DNA of 64,000 bases from Klebsormidium nitens (Eukaryota; Plantae; Klebsormidiophyceae), in NCBI GenBank assembly GCA_000708835.1, contig DF237014.1, positions 124,001 to 188,000 of the forward strand, in the 5' to 3' direction. Positions 1-10,710 of this stretch are shown one piece after another. The first letter of the stretch is position 1. Every line of letters starts with the position of its first letter. Made by a program: the position numbers and the translations under genes. The notes beneath the pieces were generated by a model. That model was given only the letters and a program-made list of their open reading frames with translations. It was not told the origin of the DNA and ran no database searches.

Positions 1-7
1 TGGATAC

Positions 8-3000
8 CTGGTAGGTGGAGGTGATGATGAAGTCGGCGTGGTTCATGGCGATGAGGTCGGCGGTGAACTGCGCCGAGAAGTGGTACTTGTCGTCGAACGT
101 CTGCCAGTAAATGTCGCTGTCCGGGTACTTGGTCTTCTCCAGCGCGTGCGCGATGTTGCACTGCGTCACCTGAAAAATGGCACGACACAAACACGCGATG
201 TCAAGAAACCAGATTGCCGTAATAGGCATCAAGTCCAAGAACAGGGCGACTCTGGATCCCGTTGAAAAGGGATTTCAGAAGACACGCACGTTCACATCTG
301 TGACTAACAAACGCGTTCCAGGCCGCGCCATAATTTGCAGGCTGTCCTGACGTAGAGACCGCAACCAAGGTCCCACGGCAGATCAAGCAAGAGGAGCGAT
401 GCCAGTCAAATTTGGCATTACGAAAATCGGCGGGTGAGATTCAAGAGTGCGCACGGGCACGGGGGTGCCTCACGTGCATGCGGTGCGACAGAAGGGACGC
501 CACGAGGTTGCCGTCGCTGTAGTTGCCGATGATGAGGTCCGGCTGGCCGCCCAGCTCCGCCTTGATCTCGAACGCGGACTCGCTGCACGCAGCAACACAA
601 AGCTGTGAGCGGAAGCTTCGCAAGCTCTCTGTAACCTTCCTTCTGGCCGCAAACCGGCGACCAGGAAGGCAAAACGACAAGGCGCGCGTTTGAGCATCTA
701 AGAGGGTTCTATTTGATTAATGGCAGCTACTGAAGCCTTTTCAGAGCGATCCGCGGCGGAGTAAGGCATCCAGCCAGCCTAATAATCCTACTCACGCCCT
801 AAGCTCTCAGTTTGTGCCAATATACCTTGAATGCACAAGGTAGCGAGCCGAAGCCCTGATTTCTGCGCAAAAATCCGTCGAGCTTCAAAGCATGCGCCCG
901 CCCATAAACCCGTATCGAGATACTCCTTCGCAATGTCGACTTTGTCCCGGCCGTTTCGAGACTGCACTTCGTTTCACGATCTCCGCCTCTGCAGGCGCAC
1001 CGCCCTCACCGTGTAAACTCCTCAAGATAGGGCCAGACCTCGAAGCGCGAGATCCACTGCGGCAGGATTCCGCGCGCGTCGCGGAAGGGCACGCGCAGGA
1101 TGCGCGCGTGCTCGGTGCCGCTGATGCGCTCGATGCGCTGGTTGCACGTGGTGCCCTTGGCGTCGGGGATGAGGCGCGTCAGCACCACGATCTGCGGCGT
1201 GATGAAGTCCAGCCCCTGCTGCTTGTTGCGCGCGAGCATCTCCTGCTCCATCGCGCGCACCTGGTCCAATATGTACACCACCTGCGGACGCGGACTTCAA
1301 AGGGTGAGGCGGACAAACGAGAAAAATCGTCAGTACACCAGGAAGGGTGAACCGGATGCACGTCCGTTCCAAGCCTCGTTAGCGACGAGGGGGTTCATTT
1401 TTCCAAACGGGTCACGCTCGAGACAAATTCGTTTCTTGGCAAATAGTTCCTCGCTCTGAGCCCTCTGGTCTAGCAGACTAAAAACTACAAGTATGTCATT
1501 TGCACTTCAAGCTCAATCTTTGCCATGCTGTGCACGGAAGGATTCGAAGCACGTGACCGACTCCTCGAAGTTTTGACGCGGAAGTAACGGCGCCAATTTG
1601 GGCGGAACTTGTCAAGCAGCTTCGAAGTTGCTTCTCGTCGCAGTAGCACTTCGGGGCCAGCTTTGATCGGGGCAAGCAGCGCGCTTACCTGTCCGCCGGT
1701 GTCCGGCATCCCTAGGACATTGGCTTGGCCAAAATAGCCGTGGGGGGAGACGATGACCACGTTGAACACCATGGGTACTCGCGCCAGAAACTTTTCCAGG
1801 GTGTCGGGGTCCGGGGCCTGCAAACACGGACACGTGTCACGTACCAGCACCGTTTGGCATAGCAGCAGTGGAAGCAGGCAAAATATGTTGACTGGATCAT
1901 CTACCATCCGATTCTTACGGCGATGCCTGGAAAGAGCCCTGGCTGCGGTCTGCACAGCAAGTGCGAATCGCACCACACGCATCTGGCCCAGAAACGCTCT
2001 ACCATTCAATGCAAGAGTCCGATACAATCGAGTGACTCTCTCAAAATAACCGTTCGAAGGGTCTGTAACGTTTGTAACGTTGTAACGTTTCAAGTGCTTT
2101 CTCTGCACTGGGCCTCACGGTAAGCTCTCCCGTTTCAAACGTGCAAGAGCTCACCTGGCCTTAGGAGGCCGGTCACTTCATGCAACGCACAAAGGAAAGC
2201 GATTTGGGAAAATCGATGAGCAGACCCCCGGAAAACGCAAAACCAAAGTGTCGTGTTAGTGCTGGTTGACGTGAACACTCTCTCAGCCCCTCTCCGTAAC
2301 GGAACCCGACGCGAGATGCTTCCTCCTACTACGAGCTCCCTCACCTGGATGAGGTCTTGCAGGAGGCGCATGCTGGCGAGAATGGTGGCGGCGTCGCAGC
2401 CCCAGCCCTTCTCAAACCCACAATGCAGCAGCCTGCTACTCAGCTCTGCCACGGGTGTCGTAGGCTCTTCCTTTGACACCAACTCCTCAGCCGATGCTAG
2501 CGCGGACCTGACAGCGACGACGTGGGGCGAGTCGCTCAGCATGACGTCGACTAGTAACTTCGAACCGTTTCGAGGATGAACCTACCTGTGCTGACTTCAT
2601 GTTGACCCCCTGCAGTTCTTTCCACAGGAAAAGTGCATAAAAAGTTGGAAAACCAAAGGAAGCTTCCAATGTAGTCCAGAATAAGGTTGTTACATAATTT
2701 CCCTCCGAAAGTGTTCTCCTCGAGCAACAGCCGTTACCTGCAGCAGGTCTAACAGCAATTGGAGGCTCTGCTGGATGACCTCAGCGTTGGCCCCCCAGCC
2801 TCGCTGGAGGCCAAGGTCATCCAGCTTTTGCTCCAGCGCAGAGAAAGGGGCGTCCCTGGGGACCGTTTCCAAGTATTCCTCAGCGGCCGTCAGAGAGCGC
2901 CTGGGGGCATACGAAGTAGAATTAGCAGGGGAGGAGCCCCGTCGAAGCCCTATCTGAAACATTTCTTTGTAGGAGGGTCGTCAACGGGATTGAAAGTCAA

Positions 3001-5125
3001 TCTGTCAGTCAAATTCCATCCTCCTTGTCGGGTTTCACGAGTTCACTTGAAGTTTAAGCCGATTGTACATGGACTCCCTCGCCAGCCAAGACATGCCCCG
3101 CTTTCCCCTGCAGCAAATTTCCTGCCCGACACGTACAAGGTGGTTCTCCCAACCTGGCAGTACACCAACGTGATCACTTGGCGGCTACGGCCTGGTTCGT
3201 CTCTGAAAAAGACTTATCTCGGCATCCGCCTGCTCAAGCAAAGAAGCTGTCGCACGATAACAGGAGGGCAGCCTTCGCTTGCCCCCGGATCCAGGTTGAG
3301 GCGACTCACTTGAGGTCGTCCAGGCTCTGGATGCGTCCGTTGTTGATCATGAGCGACTCCCCCCGGTACTTGTGCATGCGCAGGAACTCAAACAGGGGCG
3401 CCATGCCCACCTTGCGCTCCGACATGATCTGGGACGACAGGTGCTTGTTCATGAACTGCACGCCCTGCCCAATCGAGGCCGCCCTGAAGACGGAGAGCAG
3501 TGTCAGAGGACAAAGACAGGATGTACGACCGCAGAACGACGTATAGACATAATCCATCACTTATGAATCAAGGTATTGTTTCAATTGCGTTCTCGAAGGA
3601 GGTTTGTAAGGACGGTCGGCCCTGACCCCCAGGCCTGGAACTTGAGTCGGGCATTCCACCGTATGTTAAAATCCATAAACGAAAAGGTCAGCCTTGGATG
3701 GTCTCTGCATTCAACGAATAACGGATGGACATCTGCAAAATGAGGACCTTGCTGGACCCAAGATACGTTCGATGTTTGTAAGTTAAACTAGGATCTTTGA
3801 CGACTTACTTCAATATCGCACCTAAACAAGGGAGTCGGTAGACAAGATACTGATTTTCACTGCTGCTGATGCCACAGTCGTTCATAGAAGGCCACTTTTG
3901 GACACTCCTGCCTCAAGCCCGTTGACGACAAACGCCCCCCAAGCCTACGCGGCTGAGCATATCATTGGACACAGTGGATAGTACATTCTTTTGGGGCGTC
4001 AGGTTTGCACCTGTTCATCTTGGGAAAGGCCCTGTTGAACGGCTCGAAATCCAGTTCCAGGACTGCATACGGCTCCATGAGCTGGTCGATGGTGCTGTGC
4101 TCGCCACTAGAGCCCCCCATGACCAGGCGCTCCTTGAATGTCAGATACTCAGTACCGGACATCTCCTCAAGGGACAGCTCGTCCATGTTCACCCTGGCAC
4201 AAGTTCGAAGAACAGCATTCGGTCAAAAGTCGATCAGCGCAACAAGCGACTGGACTGGTTATACGAATACCGCTCAGATGTTGCCAATTCAACAGGATCA
4301 GACTAAGCTTCCAACCAGGCTGACTGTCTGATACTTCAGAATTGATGGACAGACCAACCTTTTTGTACATGTTTAGTAACGCCCAAAGATTGTGCGAAGG
4401 AGCATACTCAAGCGAAGCACGTCACTTTGTCGAGAAAAGTAGGCCAGCCTTTCAGCTTTGCACATCTGCAAAGGCTCGCAAAATCTTCAAGGGCAGGGGT
4501 TTACTCACTTAATATATTGCCACTCTGCAACCCTGGGGCGCAGGGCGAGGGCAATGATAGGGTCCACTACCACCCCCTCTTGCGCTACTGCCAGCATTTT
4601 GGCAAAGTGGGACTCTGCAGATAATACACCCAGCAGTCAGAGCACGATTCACCGGGAGTATCCCTTAGACAGGGGATGTAAGAGAAACAATACCGTGAGT
4701 TAGCCCACGCAAGCCTGATCTGTCAGGCTTAAAACTCACCTCTCCCTGTCTTTGCTTGGTCTCAAAGATTGGTTGCCCTGGCATTCTCATCTGGATCTTG
4801 CAACCACGCAGATGTTTGCCAAAAAGGCAGTGCACTCCTACTATCCAGCGGGCCCATATTCTCTCGCAACTTCCACAGGCCAAAACTCAGGCAGACTCCA
4901 ATCATTTGCAGTGGTGCACGGTGACTTGCCTAGCACCTCTGGGGTGAATTCAGAGGCCTTCTTTAGGGCTTCCTGGAAATCATGCTGCAACAGGACCGGC
5001 GTCTTGATTCCTTTGAGGCGGTGCAGAACCAGTAGGATGTCGTTGCGGTGGCTGGACACCGAATCCCGCATCCGGCTTGACCAGGAGCGCTCGAACCTTG
5101 GCCTGGCCGCTAAGGAGGGCGCCAT
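8..5125 (-). CDS. SUS: Sucrose synthase (GT-B), 5' part; gene continues beyond the left edge
   Basis: Hand-spliced exons: 4930-5125 ([29 protein letters not shown]), 4509-4614 ([26 protein letters not shown]), 4011-4193 ([14 protein letters not shown]), 3310-3483 ([15 protein letters not shown]), 2738-2900 OR 2345-2507, 1689-1817 ([43 protein letters not shown]), 1010-1281 ([10 protein letters not shown]), 474-582 ([18 protein letters not shown]) and 8-169 ([21 protein letters not shown]). All intron phases are compatible and the motifs are diagnostic of SUS. Confidence 0.98.
2345..2507 (-). other. SUS: SUS alternative exon B (163 nt), paralog of exon A
   Basis: tgtcag|G acceptor and CAG|gtgagg donor; encodes [54 protein letters not shown]; same length and phases as exon A. 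Confidence 0.85.
2738..2900 (-). other. SUS: SUS alternative exon A (163 nt)
   Basis: ccccag|G acceptor and CAG|gtaac donor; encodes [54 protein letters not shown]. Confidence 0.9.
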
Positions 5126-5172
5126 CCCTATGCGTCCAGGCGGCAGTTTGAAGCTCGGAGAGAGGTGAGGAC

Positions 5173-5785
5173 CTGCGAAGGGGCAAAGTGCATTGCTACA
5201 ACCAGCAACTCTACATGAGCTGTGAATACGCAACCGCCCTTGATATGGCCTGGTGGAAGTTTGACATCACAACAAAGGCAAGCAGATTCTAAAGCGAAAT
5301 TCTACAAACTGATGCCGCAAACCTGCTGGAATGCTTGCAACAGATGTGCCAAAGATGGGCAGCTCTGAGAGCTTTAGACTTATGCTTGAGAGGCAGCTGG
5401 TGATTGCTGGCAGCTCACCACCAACGGAACAAGCTTCCAGCTCACTGCGGGCGTAGAAAATACAACATGCCAGAGTACAGACTGGGAAAAACACAGGAAC
5501 TGAGAAAGGCCAATCTGCCCGCACCAGTATTCCCAGCCCCTTGCGAGGCTTGAAAAACGACCCTGTCATCCTGCTTCATAGCATGCACGTTGTCTACCTT
5601 GTCCTCGTCCACAACCATTTCAATACACTTCCAGACCCAGGTTCCAATGGACTTGCAGCCTTTGGGAGTCTGCCTTCAAATAACGAAAAACTTCACAAAT
5701 GCTGTAGAACATGTTTTGTCTAAGTGTCACGGTCCTGCAGGGGCTCCACATCGCGGTTCCAGAGTTGTGCAGCTCAGGCACTCAC
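5173..5785 (-). other. SUS: Probable 5'UTR (leader) intron of SUS, 613 nt
   Basis: Consensus donor AG|GTGAGT at 5785; acceptor cttcgcag| at 5173, 47 nt upstream of the ATG at 5125. Confidence 0.55.
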
Positions 5786-6495
5786 CTAGTCAGCAATTCG
5801 TCGGACCTCTGCCGTCTCTGGTTTGCTGCATGCGAAGGAAGAGCCTGTTCGGCGGTTTTCAGCTTTTGGCAGGTGTCCTGAGAATGTGAAGGCTTCCAAA
5901 CAGCTTTTAGGCACCCGACGCACTGAAACTCAAGCTCTCTTTCGATCGTCTCTCCCTGAGCGTTCAGAAAACTCTAGCCTTTCAAGAGACCGAGTGCCAC
6001 CGCCAGCATTCCTTCACAGCTTGTGCAGTCTGCTGGAAGGTTGACCATGACTCGACTCGTCTTCCACAGCAGCGGCCATGGCAAGCGAACTCGAAAGGGC
6101 CCATGTTCCAGCATGGCGGCGACTCGCTCGCTGCGCTGAACTCTGCCAAGTGGCAGCCTAAGATCACGCTGAAAATTACAAGAGCATATCGAACCGTCCA
6201 ATCTGGATGGTATTGAAGTTGGACGGCTCCTGCTGCTCGTTGTTTCCAACTGCTGATGTCACCCTTGCCGACCAATTGTGTCTCGAACTCGTGTATGACA
6301 ATTGTCCTCGCACATGGACGGTCCAGACTCGCAGCGGCTGCAGGGGTCATTCTTTCCAGTCTTTCAATTTCCTTCTCTGAAGAGGGAAAGCTTGGAAACT
6401 TGAAAGTAGGAAACACCTCCTTCCCTCTGCTTCGCCAACGCGGAGCGCTTAGTACTGCAATCTGGGGGCGTTTGACTCTCGTTTGGTAGGACGCC

Positions 6496-9441
6496 ATGAT
6501 GACCTCTGCAATGTCTGCCCTGACTCACACCGGTACGCATCCTGTTTGCTCTTTTCTGAATGCATGCAGCAGTAAAGAGGGTATGCAAAGCATGCAGCCG
6601 TGCTCCAGCCTCTTCTTGAGGAGTAGAGGGGTCGTTCAGAAGGTCGTCAGAACACAGCGCCCTGTCTCCGCTGCATCGGCGTCCCCTGCTGCTCCTCTGG
6701 TTGGAAGGAGAACGGGGAGTTGGTTGCAGCTGGCTTCAGCGACAGCGCTTGTGGAAGAGCTCAGGGGGGAACAGTCAGGCAGGGCAGGTGAGCCCCCTGC
6801 AGGCCCCATTCTTGGCATTGGCCCCATCCCCACTGAGTTTCCTCAACCTGATGTGCAACCATTCCCCAACCCGGAGCCAAGTGTGCCTGGTGCACCAGAA
6901 GTTAGTCCCAGCACGCCCCCAAACCCTGCCCCCAGCACACCTCCGGAAGTGCCCCCTCTGATTAGCCCTCCTGAGCCGGACACAACAGAGGTGCCTGGAC
7001 AGCCCAGTGGTCCGGAGGTTCCTAGCACACCAGTGCCAGAAATACTGCCTGATCCAGGCCGTGGTGAGGCTCAGTGGTCCTTGCCTTCAAATACTGCGAG
7101 CCTGTGACTTCTTTCCTTTGTCTTTGCATAGATTCCCACGCAAGCCAAGGGAAGGTGCTTCTTGAGCTGAAATTTAGAACCAACTATTCTGGAATGAGTT
7201 GGAAGCATGGACGCTTCTTCATATCTGCTTCTATCTTGTCAGCATTGTTCTTCCCTACTTGTTGATAAGAGTTCCAGGACAATGTATGACACATTGAACT
7301 GCAAGTCAGGATCATGACGCGCTGAGTTCCAAGATGGACCAGCGCAGTAGCGTTTCTTCTGGTTCTCTGCTTTTGCAAGCCATATGCACCCTTGACATTG
7401 TGAGGCAACACCCTCGATACATTTCGTCAGAGAAATGCTCAGAAGCAGAGTCTTGATTGATGAGTCCTTCCTTTTGCAGGACCGGAGACGCCTGTCATCT
7501 CGCCTCCTGACTTTCCGGAGAGACCCTCAGGGCCGGAGGTTCCCATCCCCACGCGCAGGCAGCCAGACACTCCCACCACCACTCCTCCTGAGTTCCCGGG
7601 AGGGCTTCCTGGAATTGAGGTCCCCGGCCCGACCATCCCTGGCCCCAGCCCATCCCCTGGAACTTCACCTGGCCCCATCATTGGTGAGTGGCGTGCTGGC
7701 CAGGGTGCAGTGGAGGGATTTGGGCAGGTTGAGCCCTTTCATCAGGCTCTTAGGATGCGGAAGGTGCCCAGGGTCCTAGAAGGGGTTACAGGGAGGGTAG
7801 AGCAGCATCGTGACAGCCGGGTGATGTTGTCTTTGGGCTTTCCGTATGGTGTCAAGCCTCCAGTTCCGCCCGCTGAAGTGCGCCCAGCTCCGCCAAGCAG
7901 TCCCCAAACCCCTGGAGTCCTGCCCGATGCCCCCTCTATGGCACCCCCTCTGATTCAGCCCCCTCAAGCAAACCCGAGTCTGCCGCCAGGGGCAACACCA
8001 AATGATCCGGGGATTGCCATCACCCCACCTTCTGACACACCTAGCGACGACAACATTGCCGTTGTGCCACCCCCAACACGGCCCCCTGTCCCGGAAAAGG
8101 CCCCATTCCAAGCACCTGAGAGCCCCTTCCCTGGCGATGTTGAAAAGCTACCCCCGCCAGAGTTGCGGCCTCCTGGACCTTCAAAGCCAGACCCTGACTC
8201 CCCTGCTCCTGGCGCACCCATCCCTAGTCCAAACCCCCAACAACCAAAGCCCTCTCCTCCCCCAGGAGCTGAGCCACTACCCCCTTCTGGCAAACCGCCA
8301 GCCACCCCGCCCCCCCAAGCAAAACCCCTGCGGCCACCCGGCTCTCCCCCAATCACACCGATGCCGAACGTGACCCCATCACCTCAATTGAAGGGTGCTA
8401 GTGCCTCCGCTGATCGTTCTGGACGGACAGGTTCACCTGTTAGCCTTCTCTCTGTGTCCACCATTCAGGTTCCAAATACGCCCTTGCTTAGGCATTCACG
8501 CCCTGTCTCTGCGAATGCAGGAGGCCTAGGTATTTCAGCAATCGTCACCCCACCCCAGCCTGTCCCTCCGGTTGGGCCGGGCACAGGGTCCCCTCCTCCA
8601 TTTCCCGGAAACCCCGGCAATCCGACCCCTCCCCCTCAGACCCCTCCCCAAACTCCCCCCCCGCAAGCACCGCCGGGTGGTCCTGCTNNNNNNNNNNNNN
8701 NNNNNNNNNNNNNNNNNNNNNNNNNNNNNNNNNNNNNNNNNNNNNNNNNNNNNNNNNNNNNNNNNNNNNNNNNNNNNNNNNNNNNNNNNNNNNNNNNNNN
8801 NNNNNNNNNNNNNNNNNNNNNNNNNNNNNNNNNNNNNNNNNNNNNNNNNNNNNNNNNNNNNNNNNNNNNNNNNNNNNNNNNNNNNNNNNNNNNNNNNNNN
8901 NNNNNNNNNNNNNNNNNNNNNNNNNNNNNNNNNNNNNNNNNNNNNNNNNNNNNNNNNNNNNNNNNNNNNNNNNNNNNNNNNNNNNNNNNNNNNNNNNNNN
9001 NNNNNNNNNNNNNNNNNNNNNNNNNNNNNNNNNNNNNNNNNNNNNNNNNNNNNNNNNNNNNNNNNNNNNNNNNNNNNNNNNNNNNNNNNNNNNNNNNNNN
9101 NNNNNNNNNNNNNNNNNNNNNNNNNNNNNNNNNNNNNNNNNNNNNNNNNNNNNNNNNNNNNNNNNNNNNNNNNNNNNNNNNNNNNNNNNNNNNNNNNNNN
9201 NNNNNNNNNNNNNNNNNNNNNNNNNNNNNNNNNNNNNNNNNNNNNNNNNNNNNNNNNNNNNNNNNNNNNNNNTCGGCAACTCCCGACCCCTCCCCCTCAA
9301 ACCCCTCCCCAAACTCCCCCCCCGCAAGCACCGCCCGGCGGTCCTGCTCCCCCCCCGTTCCCGAAGAATCCAGGCCTGCCTCCGACTGGTCCGTCTCCGC
9401 CGCCTATGCCCGGGCCAGGAACAGGGCCTGGGACTGCCTGA
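6496..9441 (+). CDS. Proline-rich repeat protein (PEVP/PPEV and PPPQTPP modules) with Ser/Arg/Ala-rich N-terminus; interrupted by an assembly gap
   Basis: ORFs 6496-7063 and 7480-9441 are joined by a phase-1 GT-AG intron (7064-7479). Low-complexity Pro-rich modules; C-terminus ...GPGTGPGTA*. Exact start and internal splicing are unresolved. Confidence 0.7.
8595..9348 (+). repeat. Coding tandem repeat, unit about 96 nt (PPPFPGNPGNPTPPPQTPPQTPPPQAPPGGPA), collapsed into the gap
   Basis: Near-identical sequence (ccgacccctccccctca...ccgcaagcaccgcc.gg.ggtcctgct) lies immediately before and after the N run. Confidence 0.75.
8688..9272. other. Assembly gap (585 N)
   Basis: Run of N. Confidence 1.
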
Positions 9442-10710
9442 GCAACTGAGCACAAGCCTTTATTAGTACAAGCTTTATTCGTGATTCTTTGAGTGCAGTA
9501 TGTAGTCGAGGAACGGCCTTTTTGAGAACCTTCTAATGGAGTTTCGTGAGTTTTATAAGAGAGTTTAGTGACCCGTTCTTATGCAGAATCAGGAGATTGA
9601 TTGTACGGTAAATCAAAAGCGCTTTCAACCTTAACGCGATACGCTCTTGACTTTGTAGGCGGAGTCTTTGAGCAACCAGTGGCACGGGTGTATGCTTTGC
9701 GCTGAAACACATGCAGCGTTGATTTTGATCGAGTTCCTTACATGTTTGATGCAACGGTTCATCGTTCAATATGGCCGACTTGAAGTTACGGTGCAGTAAA
9801 TCCATGCACGCTGATCCCCGTGTCCCGTGCCCATCACTTGACATGCCACGATTCTACTGCATCATACCATTGTGTATTTGCATCACGGCGGCCTGCCCAC
9901 GTTGGGAGAGAATCCGATCCTGGTTCCGTTCTAATCAATTACAGATCCGCTATATCTGCCACGGCGCCTGTAAGCTTCCCCCTCATGGTTGCATGAATGA
10001 TTCAAAGGCCACACACTCATAGCTCTAAATGCTCGTGTCATGCACATCATGCCAACTTGTGCTAAGTGTGTCCATAATAGTCGACGTCAAGCTACATGAA
10101 TAGCGCTAAACCGGTGGTTACTCGCAAGATTCTTTCAGCATCACATGCGCCGCGGTGCCTTCAAAGGAGAATACGTTTCTCTTGAAAAAGGCTCTTGTTA
10201 GATGTACAGGCGATCGGATGCAGATCAGGTGACCCAATTTACGCGTGATCGACGCAGTTGCACCTTACTGTAGGTCTTTTTAAGCAGCTGCTGTAGAGGC
10301 CGGCGGCCTAGCACCGCCGAATTACAATACTTGGACGTATTACTACGATTGGTCGATCCTTCGAAAACCCGTTTGATTCTCAGATGCTGCCAGGTGCAGT
10401 GGTCTTAAAACACATAACATAAGATAAATACCGCAAACTTGGCGATGACCAGCCTCAGCTCATGTTAGCTAATGCATGCCGAGTAGACGGGCACAGGGAT
10501 GTACGAGCAAAAGAAGACGGTAAATTGAGAGCTGTTAATTAATTCTCTGAAAACCCACCGAGAGTTCATCCACTCTGTCACTTGTGGCTTAATACAAGCT
10601 ATCAAGGCGCAGTCAGAATGTCAGGGGCACACATTCCATCATTCTAGCAACTACAGAAGCGGTCACCATGTTTCGAAGTCCTGTTGTTTTGTACTGGGAC
10701 GTATCCCCGT

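Noticed and set aside
1485-2108. 207-aa ORF with a long N-terminus before [10 protein letters not shown]
   Set aside because: Only 1689-1817 is SUS-homologous and bounded by splice sites; the rest is intron read-through.
5982-6497. 171-aa minus-strand ORF whose ATG overlaps the Pro-rich gene ATG (CATG palindrome)
   Set aside because: No recognisable motif. It lies in the SUS/Pro-rich promoter and UTR region, and the overlap is a trivial consequence of CATG.
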